From: Pasteurella multocida
Lineage (GTDB): Bacteria > Pseudomonadota > Gammaproteobacteria > Enterobacterales > Pasteurellaceae
Direction of reading: 5' to 3'
Length of the DNA stretch: 32,000 bases
Assembly: GCF_900187275.1 (NCBI RefSeq)
Contig: NZ_LT906458.1
Location: forward strand, 1,560,001-1,592,000
Positions 1-10,225 of this stretch are shown piece by piece. A program made the translations under genes and the position numbers. The notes beneath the pieces are model-generated. The model was not told the origin of the DNA. It made no database searches and was given only the letters and a program-made list of their open reading frames with translations. Position 1 is the stretch's first letter. Each line of letters starts with the position of its first letter.

Positions 1-173
1 CCGAAGATTTAAAACTGCTTGCGCCATTATCTGAAGACGGTCTATTAACGATTGGAGAGAAAGATATTCAGGTATCGGCGAAGGGGCGTTTATTGATTCG
101 CAATATTTGCCTTTGTTTTGATACTTATTCCAGAGAACAGGCGAAACGCCAACAGTTCTCCCGAATTATTTAA
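1..173 (+). CDS. hemN: Oxygen-independent coproporphyrinogen III oxidase, C-terminal end (5' truncated by window)
   Basis: Frame starting at base 3 reads EDLKLLAPLSEDGLLTIGEKDIQVSAKGRLLIRNICLCFDTYSREQAKRQQFSRII*, matching the typical HemN C-terminus (RNICxCFD...QQFSRxI). Confidence 0.85.
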   Translation, partial: EDLKLLAPLSEDGLLTIGEKDIQVSAKGRLLIRNICLCFDTYSREQAKRQQFSRII

Positions 174-192
174 ACAAACTTTTTGAAAAACC

Positions 193-201
193 ACCGCACT
201 T
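193..201 (-). repeat. Uptake signal sequence core (ACCGCACTT)
   Basis: Exact 9-mer. Other cores read by eye near 3624, 3923, 5450, 11259, 19489, 23932, 24810, 26260 and 26287. Confidence 0.85.
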
Positions 202-213
202 TGGGAGAAAACC

Positions 214-882
214 ATGTCCATTTCAAAAACAGATATCCTAAATGCCTTTCATTTTCGTCACGCTTGCAAAGCCTATGATCCAAGTAAGAAAATCAGTGAA
301 GAGGATTTCCGTTTTATTTTAGAAACAGGTCGCCTTTCGCCGAGCTCATTTGGTTTCGAACCTTGGAAGTTCTTAGTGATTGAAAACCCCGACATCAAAG
401 CATTAATTCGTGATACGGCTTGGGGTGCGAAAGATAAAGTGATGGATTGCAGCCATTTTGTGGTGGTGTTAGTGCGCCAACCAGAGACCTTACTTGCTGA
501 TGGTGAATATGTGCAACATATGATGCGAGATATCCATCATATCCCTGAAGAAATGCGCAAAATCCGTCAAAATTTCTATCGTACGTTTAGCGAACAGGAT
601 TTTGCCTTAACTGAGAATCCAAAAGCCTTTTACGATTGGGCATGTCGCCAAAGCTATATTGCCCTGGCAAATATGCTGACCAGTGCAGCGATGATCGGCA
701 TCGACTCAACCCCAATTGAAGGTTTCCCATTGGAAAAAATGGATCATATTTTTGTGGAACAAGGGCTTTATGATCCGAAAACCTATAAACTGAGTGTGAT
801 GATCGCCTTTGGTTACCGTTTAAACGAGCCAAAAGCCAAAACACGCCAAGCCTTTGATGACGTGGTGGAGTGGGTAAGATAA
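214..882 (+). CDS. NAD(P)H-dependent nitroreductase family protein (NfsB-like)
   Basis: 222 aa ORF; N-terminal FHFRHACKAYDPSKK...LETGRLSPSSFGFEPWKFLVI is typical of the nitroreductase fold, as is the C-terminal IGIDSTPIEGF...VMIAFGYR. Confidence 0.85.
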   Translation: MSISKTDILNAFHFRHACKAYDPSKKISEEDFRFILETGRLSPSSFGFEPWKFLVIENPDIKALIRDTAWGAKDKVMDCSHFVVVLVRQPETLLADGEYVQHMMRDIHHIPEEMRKIRQNFYRTFSEQDFALTENPKAFYDWACRQSYIALANMLTSAAMIGIDSTPIEGFPLEKMDHIFVEQGLYDPKTYKLSVMIAFGYRLNEPKAKTRQAFDDVVEWVR

Positions 883-910
883 CTCCACCAATTTTGTCAT
901 CGGAAGACAT

Positions 911-960
911 AAAAATGGCGAATCCGCTTGACTTGAGAGAAGCCTGATTCGCCCATTTTT
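911..960. terminator. Probable bidirectional rho-independent terminator between nitroreductase and hipB-like gene
   Basis: AAAAATGGCGAATC ... GATTCGCCCATTTTT inverted repeat (one bulged C) with flanking A/T runs, between convergent genes. Confidence 0.75.
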
Positions 961-977
961 ATGTGAGCTTGGTCACA

Positions 978-1313
978 TTAAGCTGTCGAAAAAAGTTCCT
1001 TTAATAATGCCTTAGAAACAGGTACCAAGCCGAGTTCCAGACCAAAGGGTTTAAACACTTTATTAATCGTTTCTACACTATAATTACCCTTATCATTCTC
1101 AATATTCGATAGGGTCTGGCGTGATACCTTTACTAACTGAATATAGTGTTGTTGATTAATACCGAACATTTCAATACGCAATTTACGCAATGCTTCACCT
1201 TGGCTCAATTCCCCCATTAGCATCGCTTGAATGATTTCATTACGTACTTTCTTACGATCAATTTCCGCAACACTTGCCCCTTTGGTAGAGGCATTTCTTC
1301 GAGTGATTTGCAT
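978..1313 (-). CDS. HipB-like XRE/HTH transcriptional regulator (putative antitoxin)
   Basis: 111 aa with HTH segment YIQLVKVSRQTLSNIENDKGNYSVETINKVFKPFGLELGLV; starts 1 nt after the stop of the adjacent hipA-like ORF. Confidence 0.8.
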   Translation of the reverse strand: MQITRRNASTKGASVAEIDRKKVRNEIIQAMLMGELSQGEALRKLRIEMFGINQQHYIQLVKVSRQTLSNIENDKGNYSVETINKVFKPFGLELGLVPVSKALLKELFSTA

Positions 1314-1314
1314 C

Positions 1315-2622
1315 CTAAATAAGCCCCCATTTTTTTAATTTTTCAGGTAAATAATCAAAACCAATCGCAGGGAAATCTAAAATAGATTGAGGTAGATTAC
1401 GTTGTACTAATCGGGATTTTAAATCCACTAAACTGCCAGCTAACCGGCGTAACTCTTGCATTAATAACGTTGGTTCAACTAAATCAGCTAATACTTCTGC
1501 GATGCGCTCAAAGTGATACTCGCCAGCAAATTCCTGTGGATACTCCCCTTTAGTTTGCCAAGTAGTCGTACGAATAATGCCTTCTGGATCAGCACGCATC
1601 GGCGCAAAATCATAAATTGGGGCGAGCCAAATACGTTGTTCATCACGTAAAAACGCCATATTACGACCATGATTGTCGCTATTGCCAAAGGCAATATTTA
1701 ACAAATCTCGCTTTACCCATTCAATCACGAAGTCTGTTTGTGCAAACTGCAAACGAGCCGTCGAGATTCTCTCAATTAACTGGCGAAGTGTCGTTTCATG
1801 ATCAAGTACACCACCTTGTTTCTGTAATAGCGAATACACTGATTCAAAAGCAAGACGATGTGTTTTTCCTTCTCGTTGCACAATATCAAAACGAGGCAAC
1901 CATAGGGAAGGATAACGTTTTCCTTCTTCTAACCTCATTCTAGTCGTATCTATTGTGTCAAAACCCAGTTGAGCAAGTTCCTGATAATAATGATATTCTG
2001 CACGTAAAATATCACAATCAATGGGTGAGTAATTGCCACGTGGGTACTTCACTAAATAACTCACATCCTGATCCTGCCCTTGCTGTTGGTTATCAATCCA
2101 AACTTGATTCTCTCGCCGTTTAAGAAGCAATTTTGGTGCTTCGCCGCCAGCCCCTGTCGCACCTCCTACCATCGCACCACTTTGGTTCACATACTCTAAA
2201 AAATCACTCTGTCTATCTTTCGCCTTGTCTAGATCAAATAAGCGAACTTCAACTTGTTCTGGCACAGCATCTTTGATACGTAAATTGCCAATTGGGGAAA
2301 TCGCAGCATGTTTCAGTAAAAGAAACTGTTGTTTTTCCTCTGATTCTTGTTTAATGTCTAACGCTTCTAACCAATAACGACGACTTGCTCCCGCAGGCGC
2401 GATATCACTGAGCCAGCTCCACAGCGACGTCGTGTCATCAATGAAAACATTCACTGGATAATTAAGCGACACAGCATGTTCACCCGTTTTTCCATAGTGC
2501 TGAACCACGTAATCTGTTAAGTATTCGAAATTACACAGTTGATAGGTTTCTGAATCAAAATACAAGAAAGCTAAATCGCACCAAGCTTGTTCAAGATAAA
2601 TTTGCAGTGTAAGTTTTTCCAT
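1315..2622 (-). CDS. HipA-family serine/threonine kinase toxin
   Basis: 435 aa; HipA kinase signature FGNSDNHGRNMAFLRDEQRIWLAPIYDFAPM and paired HTH gene. Confidence 0.85.
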   Translation of the reverse strand: MEKLTLQIYLEQAWCDLAFLYFDSETYQLCNFEYLTDYVVQHYGKTGEHAVSLNYPVNVFIDDTTSLWSWLSDIAPAGASRRYWLEALDIKQESEEKQQFLLLKHAAISPIGNLRIKDAVPEQVEVRLFDLDKAKDRQSDFLEYVNQSGAMVGGATGAGGEAPKLLLKRRENQVWIDNQQQGQDQDVSYLVKYPRGNYSPIDCDILRAEYHYYQELAQLGFDTIDTTRMRLEEGKRYPSLWLPRFDIVQREGKTHRLAFESVYSLLQKQGGVLDHETTLRQLIERISTARLQFAQTDFVIEWVKRDLLNIAFGNSDNHGRNMAFLRDEQRIWLAPIYDFAPMRADPEGIIRTTTWQTKGEYPQEFAGEYHFERIAEVLADLVEPTLLMQELRRLAGSLVDLKSRLVQRNLPQSILDFPAIGFDYLPEKLKKWGLI

Positions 2623-2858
2623 TCTTTGATTGATATAAGTGACAAAACAGACTAAAAGAAGCGATATATGTATGATATAGCAATCAATCTATCTTTCCAA
2701 TAAAAAATTCACTTAGTAGCAAAAGATCCTGTTAAATGCGCCTGTGAGTTTTCCTCACAACCTCGCTTAGGCGTGGCACTTCTTATTCACTCACCTTTTG
2801 CTGATTTTTCCGATTACTTCTATAATACACAACATATCAGCTGAAAAAGGAGGCAACT

Positions 2859-3977
2859 ATGTATTATATCGGGGTCATGTCAGGCACCAGTTTAGACGGA
2901 GTGGATCTGGCATTAATGGACTTTTCCTGTACGCAACCACAACTTATCCATTCGGATTTTTACCCAATGCCACCCGCAATACGGCAACAGATTTCAGCAT
3001 TATGTAACTCCGGCGCAACCACTTTACAAGCCTTAGGTGAGTTAGATCACCAACTGGGTTTACTCTATACCGAGTGCATTCAGCAATTCTTACAAAAATA
3101 TCAGCTTTCCCCAGAACAGATCACGGCGATTGGTTGCCACGGACAAACTGTTTGGCATTCCCCAAACAGCCACTATCCATTTACTATGCAAATTGGCGAT
3201 GCTAACCTGATCGCAGCGAAAACGGGCATTACCACTGTGGCGGATTTTCGCCGTAAAGATATGGCATTTGGTGGACAAGGTGCGCCACTGGTGCCGGCTT
3301 TTCATCAAGCCTTATTTCGGAAACCGAATCAAGCGACCGTAGTGTTAAATGTCGGTGGTATCAGCAATATTTCTCGCTTACTACCAAATGAAGAGGTCAT
3401 TGGCTATGACACAGGTCCGGGCAATACGTTGCTCGACGCGTGGATCGAAAAACATCAAGGCAAAGCCTATGATAAAAATGCAGAATGGGCGAAATCAGGT
3501 AAAGTGAATATGGACTTACTTGCTGATTTACTCGATGAACCGTTCTTCGCCCTTCCCGCACCAAAAAGCACAGGGCGCGAATTATTCAATCTGGCTTGGC
3601 TAAACAAAAAATTGCAAAAACACACCGCACTTTCGCCACAAGATGTCCAAGCAACCTTAGTAGAACTCACTGCACAAAGTATTGTGGATCAGCTTAACCA
3701 AATTGAAACGGAATTAGATCGCCATTTACTAGTGTGTGGAGGCGGGGTGAAAAATTGTCTCTTAATGGCACGCCTCACCACCTTATTGCCACAATGGCAA
3801 GTGCAAACCACCAATGACTACGGCTTAGATGCCGATTATGTGGAAGCGGCGGCTTTTGCGTGGCTTGCCTATCAACGCCTCAATGACCTCCCGGGCAATT
3901 TACCGAGCGTAACAGGGGCAAAAAGTGCGGTCAGTTTAGGGGCAATTTATCCGAAGGAAAAGGATGTGGCAGCATAA
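2859..3977 (+). CDS. anmK: Anhydro-N-acetylmuramic acid kinase
   Basis: 372 aa; [58 protein letters not shown] motifs. Confidence 0.95.
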   Translation: MYYIGVMSGTSLDGVDLALMDFSCTQPQLIHSDFYPMPPAIRQQISALCNSGATTLQALGELDHQLGLLYTECIQQFLQKYQLSPEQITAIGCHGQTVWHSPNSHYPFTMQIGDANLIAAKTGITTVADFRRKDMAFGGQGAPLVPAFHQALFRKPNQATVVLNVGGISNISRLLPNEEVIGYDTGPGNTLLDAWIEKHQGKAYDKNAEWAKSGKVNMDLLADLLDEPFFALPAPKSTGRELFNLAWLNKKLQKHTALSPQDVQATLVELTAQSIVDQLNQIETELDRHLLVCGGGVKNCLLMARLTTLLPQWQVQTTNDYGLDADYVEAAAFAWLAYQRLNDLPGNLPSVTGAKSAVSLGAIYPKEKDVAA

Positions 3978-4008
3978 AATCAAGCCTCGTTACCACTTCA
4001 ATGATAGA

Positions 4009-4034
4009 AAAGCGGGCTGAATACCCGCTTTTAT
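4009..4034. terminator. Bidirectional terminator between convergent anmK and mutS
   Basis: AAAAGCGGG CTGAATA CCCGCTTTT hairpin with flanking A/T. Confidence 0.85.
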
Positions 4035-4042
4035 TGTATAGA

Positions 4043-6625
4043 TCAAACCAACTTCTTCAACTGATACAAATACGCTAGCGCTTGTTTTGGGCTGAGTTCG
4101 TCAGGATCGAGTTTTTCTAACATTTCCCAAACGGCTGTTTTGCTGTCATCTTCTTCCATTAACGCCAATTCACCTTGTGTTTGATTGAGCTGGCGCAAAT
4201 CTTGGATACGTTGATCGGCATTTTGTTGTGACAGTTTTTCTAATTGCGCTAATTTTTGTTTCGCCAGTTTAATCACCGATTGTGGCACGCCCGCCAATGC
4301 CGCCACGGCTAAACCGTAACTTTTGCTGGCGGCGCCCTCTTGCACTGCGTGCATAAAAGCAATGGTGTCATTATGCTCGATGGCATCTAAATGCACGTTG
4401 GCACTACCCGCCAGTTGTTCAGGTAACACCGTCAGCTCAAAATAATGAGTGGCAAATAAAGTAAGTGAGCGTAATTTTTTCGCCAACCATTCCGCACAAG
4501 CCCACGCTAAAGAAAGCCCATCATAAGTCGATGTTCCCCGTCCAATTTCATCAATTAACACCAAACTGTTTGCCGTGGCTTGATGCAAAATATTTGCCAT
4601 TTCGGTCATCTCCACCATAAAGGTCGAACGCCCTGACGCCAAATCGTCTGACGCACCAATACGGGTGAAAATACGATCAATCGGACCAATCACCGCACTT
4701 TCCGCAGGCACAAAACTGCCCATATACGCCATTAATGTAATCAAGGCAGTTTGGCGCATATAGGTACTTTTCCCGCCCATATTCGGTCCTGTGATAATCA
4801 ATAAATGACGTTGCGGGTGAAGCTCAACCGGGTTGGCAATAAACGGCGCATTGAGCACCTGTTCCACCACAGGATGACGACCTTGCTGAATATGCACCCC
4901 GATATCATCGCTAAATTGCGGTGCCACATAATTGAGGGTTTCTGCTCGTTCGGCTAAATTGGTGAGCACGTCCAGTTCCGCTAAAGTTAAACTGGCAAGT
5001 TGTAACGCCCCTAAATGTGGCAATAACTCATCAAATAATTGTTCGTAAAGCTGTTTTTCTAACGCTAATGCAGCGCCTTTGGCTTTCAGCACTTTATCTT
5101 CGTACGTTTTCAGCTCTGGAATAATATAACGTTCTGCATTTTTCAGGGTTTGGCGGCGCACATAGTGCATCGGTGCCTTATGGGCTTGCCCTTGGCTAAT
5201 TTGAATATAGTAGCCATGCACCGCATTAAAGCCGATTTTTAACGTATCAATCCCGGTACTTTCTCGCTCACGCTGTTCGAGATCTTCTAAATAACGCGTT
5301 GCACCATCCGACAAACTGCGCCATTCATCTAACTCCGCATTGTAGCCTTCAGCAATCACGCCACCATCACGAATTAACATTGGGGGATTATCAATGATAG
5401 CACGCTGTAATAAATCTAACTGCGCTGAAAATTCACCGATTGGCTGCAAAAGTGCGGTCAAATCTGACGAAGTTTGTTGTGCCAGAATATCGCGCAAATA
5501 CGGAATTTGTTCCAGGGCAGTACGCAAACGAGTTAAATCACGGGGACGTGCCGAGCGCAAAGCGACACGGGCTAAAATCCGTTCCATATCGCCGATTTGC
5601 TGTAAATAAGGCTGAATCGCTGCTACCAAATCCTGTTGCAAAAGGGCAGTAATCCGATTTTGGCGCACCATGAGTTTTTCATGCTGACGAATGGGCTGAT
5701 GCATCCAACGTTTCAATAAACGGCTTCCCATTGGGGTGACACATTTATCGAGCACCGAGGCGAGGGTATTTTCGCTGCCACCGGCAAGATTTTGGGTTAA
5801 CTCTAAATTACGGCGCGTGGCGGCATCTAATTGTATATGTTCTGAATGTTGTAATAAGGTTAGGCTTTGAATATGCGGTAATGCCGTACGTTGAGTATCT
5901 TTGGCATATTGTAACAAACAGCCTGCCGCACAGAGTCCCAAAATGGCTTTTTCCACCCCAAAACCACGCAGATCTTTGGTGTGAAACTGACGATTGAGTA
6001 ATTGAATTGCCGTACCGAGTTCAAATTCCCAAATAGGACGCCGGCGTAACCCTTTAAACGGCTCAAGCAATGCCATGTCCACAAAGTCTTCACAATACAA
6101 TAACTCTACAGGCGAAATGCGCTGTAACTCCGCTTGTAAGCTCGCGCGATCCTCGGGCTCACTGATTTGAAAACGCCCCGAGGTGATGTCTAACACTGCC
6201 AAACCAAAGCGATCTTTTTCTTGGTAAACCGTGGCGATCAAGTTGTCTTGCCGTTCAGGTAAGAGGCTTTCATCGCTCACGGTACCGGGGGTGACAATCC
6301 GCACGACTTGGCGCTCAACGGGACCTTTTGAAGTCGCCGGATCACCCACTTGCTCACAAATCGCCACCGACTCCCCTAATTGCACCAATTTGGCTAAATA
6401 ACCTTCTACTGCATGATAAGGCACGCCCGCCATTGGGATAGGTTGCCCAGCGGACTGTCCACGTTTAGTCAAGGAAATATCTAGCAACGCCGCCGCTTTC
6501 TTGGCATCGTCATAAAAAAGCTCATAAAAATCACCCATCCGATAAAACAACAAAATATCGGGATTTTCGGCTTTGAGCGCCAAATATTGGCGCATCATGG
6601 GCGTGTGCAAGTCTAAATTATCCAT
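4043..6625 (-). CDS. mutS: DNA mismatch repair protein MutS
   Basis: 860 aa; N-terminal [34 protein letters not shown], Walker [34 protein letters not shown]. Confidence 0.98.
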   Translation of the reverse strand: MDNLDLHTPMMRQYLALKAENPDILLFYRMGDFYELFYDDAKKAAALLDISLTKRGQSAGQPIPMAGVPYHAVEGYLAKLVQLGESVAICEQVGDPATSKGPVERQVVRIVTPGTVSDESLLPERQDNLIATVYQEKDRFGLAVLDITSGRFQISEPEDRASLQAELQRISPVELLYCEDFVDMALLEPFKGLRRRPIWEFELGTAIQLLNRQFHTKDLRGFGVEKAILGLCAAGCLLQYAKDTQRTALPHIQSLTLLQHSEHIQLDAATRRNLELTQNLAGGSENTLASVLDKCVTPMGSRLLKRWMHQPIRQHEKLMVRQNRITALLQQDLVAAIQPYLQQIGDMERILARVALRSARPRDLTRLRTALEQIPYLRDILAQQTSSDLTALLQPIGEFSAQLDLLQRAIIDNPPMLIRDGGVIAEGYNAELDEWRSLSDGATRYLEDLEQRERESTGIDTLKIGFNAVHGYYIQISQGQAHKAPMHYVRRQTLKNAERYIIPELKTYEDKVLKAKGAALALEKQLYEQLFDELLPHLGALQLASLTLAELDVLTNLAERAETLNYVAPQFSDDIGVHIQQGRHPVVEQVLNAPFIANPVELHPQRHLLIITGPNMGGKSTYMRQTALITLMAYMGSFVPAESAVIGPIDRIFTRIGASDDLASGRSTFMVEMTEMANILHQATANSLVLIDEIGRGTSTYDGLSLAWACAEWLAKKLRSLTLFATHYFELTVLPEQLAGSANVHLDAIEHNDTIAFMHAVQEGAASKSYGLAVAALAGVPQSVIKLAKQKLAQLEKLSQQNADQRIQDLRQLNQTQGELALMEEDDSKTAVWEMLEKLDPDELSPKQALAYLYQLKKLV

Positions 6626-6704
6626 GTCTTATCTCTAAAAAATCATCAGAAAGTGCGCTCTATTTTCGCATAAAATCACAAGACAAAATACCGCTTTCTG
6701 CTCG

Positions 6705-6735
6705 CAAAAAAATCAGGCGACCGCCTGATCGCCTG
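6705..6735 (-). terminator. Rho-independent terminator of the minus-strand srf/VWA cluster
   Basis: On the minus strand CAGGCGA-TCAGGCGG-TCGCCTG followed by ATTTTTTT, just after the last ORF stop at 6757. Confidence 0.85.
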
Positions 6736-6756
6736 AAGAATAGGAATGGAAAAGCG

Positions 6757-8205
6757 CTATTCGCAAATTTCTTCCGTTTGGACCGACTTCACTGCTTGGT
6801 TAATGAGTTCGGTGAGTTGTAATTCACTTTTCACCTCACTATTAAAGATCTGTCCCCCGCTGAGCGAGGCTAAACAGTCTGTGGCATTCCATGGTGAATT
6901 AATACTGACAATATTCACTTTCAATTTCGGTCTGCGTTGGATTTCTTGTTGAATCAGCTGACAAGGATCACGGAAAGTACAATCGCCATTACCTTCCGTA
7001 ATCAATAGGATCAAGGCATCGCGTTCAATTCCATCCACCATTGTTAGGGCTTTTTCCAATCCTTCATAAATTGGGGTGCCCGGTACTTGATTCTCACGCA
7101 CTTTCATTTGATTGATTTTTTGTTTCAAAGACTCCCGTTGTTGCGCAGAAAATACTCCGTGTGCAACAGCGGCAGAAGCCTTTGTTTTTTTAGTCAAACA
7201 ACTTTTCAGTTCCACTAAACCGATATCAATATGCGGGTCAATCGACGCTAAGATGTTATTGACCGCGACTTTCGATGCGGTCGATCTATTCGGCTTACGA
7301 TACATATAATCAATCTCTTTACGCGGGACAGCTTCACGCTCTAAGCGTCGATCAAAATCATCAATTTTTTTAATGCCTTCTTTAATGGTATAACGCATCC
7401 CAGAAGCATTATTAAAGATAATCACCATTTGTGGCGCTTGCGCGGGAATAATTTTCTGGCGACACACTTTTTCAGGTGCTGCCTCAATTTTAGGTGCCTC
7501 AACTTTAGGTGGCTCAACTTTAGGTGGCTCAACTTTAGGTGGCTCAACTTTAGGAGGTTCCACTTTTGGTAATTCGACAGGTGGCGCTTCTTTGATCGGC
7601 TGCGTTTCCGGTGGCGGTTCTGGTTTTGGCTGCGTTTTTACCGTTTCGACTACTGGTGTCCGCCAAAAGAACCACCAAAGTAATACACCTAACAGAAATA
7701 GCAATAATGGCAGTAACCACCAGTACCACCGCGTTGGTTTGGACGGTGCAGGGGCGACAGGCATAGGTTCAGGTTTCCGCTCACCAAGTCCCCAACCTGT
7801 GATAACCGGTGTCTTATTGACCATATACACTTGTATCGTATTGTGTTCAGCCCCTTCGACAAACTGCGTTAACAAGGTACACTGTTCGGGAGTCAGCTGC
7901 CCCTTTGCCGTTAAATCTTGATTCAAATGACGAATCACCTTTAAACATTGCTGAATAAAGGGCTGAACTTGCGCTAATTGTTGCTGATCAGCTTGACTAC
8001 TGCCCAGTAAATGAGGCTGTCCTTGCAACTCGGTGTACCATTCCACCCTTGTTGCGTCGGCGTTGATGTCTGGTCGTGCAAACAAATCCACTGTGCTTGG
8101 GGGTAAATGGCGACGTAATATACGCTCAATTTCATCATAACGAGAAAGTAAATTAATCCCGTCCTGATGAGTATTCTGAAGAGTAAAAAAGGCTAAACGT
8201 TGCAT
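6757..8205 (-). CDS. One-TM von Willebrand factor A-like protein with PPKVE-repeat linker (paralog of next gene, degenerate MIDAS)
   Basis: 482 aa: N-terminal module (VEWYTELQG...VYMVNKTPVITGWGLGE), TM RWYWWLLPLLLFLLGVLLWWFFW, Pro-rich linker, then MVIIFNNASGMRYT...DALILLITEGNGDC VWA-like fold. Confidence 0.8.
   Translation of the reverse strand: MQRLAFFTLQNTHQDGINLLSRYDEIERILRRHLPPSTVDLFARPDINADATRVEWYTELQGQPHLLGSSQADQQQLAQVQPFIQQCLKVIRHLNQDLTAKGQLTPEQCTLLTQFVEGAEHNTIQVYMVNKTPVITGWGLGERKPEPMPVAPAPSKPTRWYWWLLPLLLFLLGVLLWWFFWRTPVVETVKTQPKPEPPPETQPIKEAPPVELPKVEPPKVEPPKVEPPKVEPPKVEAPKIEAAPEKVCRQKIIPAQAPQMVIIFNNASGMRYTIKEGIKKIDDFDRRLEREAVPRKEIDYMYRKPNRSTASKVAVNNILASIDPHIDIGLVELKSCLTKKTKASAAVAHGVFSAQQRESLKQKINQMKVRENQVPGTPIYEGLEKALTMVDGIERDALILLITEGNGDCTFRDPCQLIQQEIQRRPKLKVNIVSINSPWNATDCLASLSGGQIFNSEVKSELQLTELINQAVKSVQTEEICE
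7493..7567. repeat. 15-bp in-frame tandem repeat encoding PPKVE pentapeptides
   Basis: Three perfect copies of GGTGGCTCAACTTTA (7508-7552) flanked by variants GGTGCCTCAACTTTA and GGAGGTTCCACTTTT; protein reads LPKVEPPKVEPPKVEPPKVEPPKVEAPKIE. Confidence 0.9.
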
Positions 8206-8217
8206 ACTTTCCTCTGA

Positions 8218-9690
8218 TTACTTACACACTTCCACTTCTGTAATCGGTTTTACCGCTTGATTAATCATATTCACTAATTGTTTTTGACTATTGGCAGTAA
8301 ACACTTTTCCCTTCGTGGCTTTTGCCACACAGTTTGCCGCTTTGGCCCCCCCAATATCCACCACATTGATTTTTAGACGGGGCTGCCGTTTGGCAATTTG
8401 TTGCGCTAATGCACAAACATCGCCCGTTTCGCACGAATCTTCACCATCGCTAATCAGTAAAATAAATCCATCGCGCTTCTTACCATCCACCATTGCAGCG
8501 GCTTGTTTTAGTCCGCTATATAATGGGGTACCGCCACTGTTTTCATCGCTATCTGGTGCCGGCTGCATCGCATTAATTTTGGCACGTAGCTGTTTGCGCT
8601 TCGCGGGTGAATAATAACCATGATTATTCGCTGTCGGACAACCTTTCAATTCCACCAGTCCAATGTCGACGGTTTTCGCAATGCTATTAATAATACTGGC
8701 AGAAGACTGCTTCGCCACTTCTAACCGATTCGGTGAGCGACGGATATGGGCAGTTTCTTCTGCGGAGGTTAAATAACGAACCCAACGATACTCAAAATCG
8801 GCGAGCGTTTGTTTACTTTCAAGCAAGGAATACAACATGGAGCGTGAATTATCAAACACAATCACCATTTGTGGATTCTCGCCTGGTTTTGTTGAGATAG
8901 AACAGACTTTTTCCGGTGGCGCTGGCGTTTTCTCCGTCACCTTAGGCGGGTCATCCACTTTTTCTGGTGCAACCGGCTCAGGCTTCGGTGGCGGCACAAC
9001 CTCCAAGGGTTTCGTCTCCTCCACTTTAGGTTCGTTAGGTTTCACCACTTCAACTGGCTCAGGGACTTTAGGTTGTGTCAGCACGGGTGGCGAATTCACT
9101 GCCTCAGGCGTTTTTGCTGGTTGCTTAGTATTCAGCCACCACCAAAGCAATAAGCCCAATAACAATAAAAGAAACAAGAAAGGCCATAGCCAACGAGAAC
9201 GACTTGCCGGATTGATTGGTGCCACAGGCGGGGAGGCTGGTGGCATCACTTTCTGACCCATGCCCCATCCGGTTATCACGGGTTCATTATTGATCACATA
9301 GATTTGCTTTGTGTCATGACTTGCGCCCTCGACCAATAACCTCAGTCGCTCAGATTGTGTGGGACTGATCAGCCCTTTTTTTAACAGATCTGCATTTAAC
9401 TGCTCAATGGCTGTCAGTCGTTGGGTAATCCGTGTCAGCACGCTATCGCGTTGTTGCTTTTCAACCTGATTCGCATGAAATAAATCGGCTTGTCCTTCTA
9501 ATTCACTATACCATTCGATGATCTTGCCATCGGATTGCACTTCAGGACGAGCAAATAACGTAGCAGTACTCGGCGGCAAATAGCGCACGATAATCTGCAT
9601 CAGTTCATCATAATGCGATAGTAGCGCGACTGCGGCTTGATTCTCTTGCTGAAGGGGAACTCGAGCTAAACGTTGCATATTTCTTTCCAA
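8218..9690 (-). CDS. One-TM von Willebrand factor A-domain protein (intact-looking MIDAS)
   Basis: 490 aa: N-terminal module (IIEWYSELEGQ...IYVINNEPVITGWGMGQ), TM WLWPFLFLLLLLGLLLWWWL, Pro-rich stalk, VWA domain MVIVFDNSRSM...GGTPLYSGL...GFILLISDGEDSC. Confidence 0.85.
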   Translation of the reverse strand: MERNMQRLARVPLQQENQAAVALLSHYDELMQIIVRYLPPSTATLFARPEVQSDGKIIEWYSELEGQADLFHANQVEKQQRDSVLTRITQRLTAIEQLNADLLKKGLISPTQSERLRLLVEGASHDTKQIYVINNEPVITGWGMGQKVMPPASPPVAPINPASRSRWLWPFLFLLLLLGLLLWWWLNTKQPAKTPEAVNSPPVLTQPKVPEPVEVVKPNEPKVEETKPLEVVPPPKPEPVAPEKVDDPPKVTEKTPAPPEKVCSISTKPGENPQMVIVFDNSRSMLYSLLESKQTLADFEYRWVRYLTSAEETAHIRRSPNRLEVAKQSSASIINSIAKTVDIGLVELKGCPTANNHGYYSPAKRKQLRAKINAMQPAPDSDENSGGTPLYSGLKQAAAMVDGKKRDGFILLISDGEDSCETGDVCALAQQIAKRQPRLKINVVDIGGAKAANCVAKATKGKVFTANSQKQLVNMINQAVKPITEVEVCK

Positions 9691-9739
9691 TAAACATGAT
9701 AAAAAATAGGCAGCCCTGTGACTGCCTATTTAAAAGGTG

Positions 9740-10222
9740 TTAAATACCACTTGCCGCCTGTAATGCTTCAAGCTTACGCTTCAATGCTTTAATTTCAGCC
9801 TGTTTGGCTTCTTCACTCGCGGCAGAACCATTCACTTGCTTTAATTGCTGCTCGACTTTTCTCACTTCAGCAAGGACATCCTCTTTGCCTTTGGCTTTTT
9901 GCTTCAATTGCGCTGCATAATCGGTGACCGATTTATTCAATGTAGCAAGTTCAGCTTTCTTCTTCGCTAAAGCGCGCTCAGTGGCTTTGGCTTTTTTCTG
10001 TGTGTCTGCATAAGTTTTATTCAAGGCAGTTTGCTTGTCTTTTTCACTTTGCAACGTCCGTTCTTTTTCTTTGACACGATGATCATAACTGCCTGATGTC
10101 GTACATGCCATTTTATTCCATACACTCGACTCAACACTTGGGTCGCACTGTTCTGGCGTAACGGAACACGCTGTTAATACCGTCAAGCTCGCCACCAATA
10201 ATGATAATTTTAATCCTTTCAT
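9740..10222 (-). CDS. Small coiled-coil lipoprotein
   Basis: 160 aa; lipobox LLVASLTVLTAC; rest is Lys/Glu/Ala-rich heptad-like coiled coil. Confidence 0.8.
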   Translation of the reverse strand: MKGLKLSLLVASLTVLTACSVTPEQCDPSVESSVWNKMACTTSGSYDHRVKEKERTLQSEKDKQTALNKTYADTQKKAKATERALAKKKAELATLNKSVTDYAAQLKQKAKGKEDVLAEVRKVEQQLKQVNGSAASEEAKQAEIKALKRKLEALQAASGI

Positions 10223-10225
10223 AGT

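Noticed and set aside
587-910. 107-aa minus-strand ORF opposite the nitroreductase gene
   Set aside because: Antisense to a confident CDS with no recognisable domain.
5394-6093. Short ORFs opposite or overlapping mutS (5394..5609, 5440..5652, 5860..6093)
   Set aside because: Entirely inside the confident mutS CDS in other frames, low-complexity proteins with no recognisable motif.
7493-7567. Tandem 15-mers considered as a CRISPR-like or intergenic VNTR
   Set aside because: No spacers; array is continuous, in frame inside a CDS and encodes PPKVE linker repeats.
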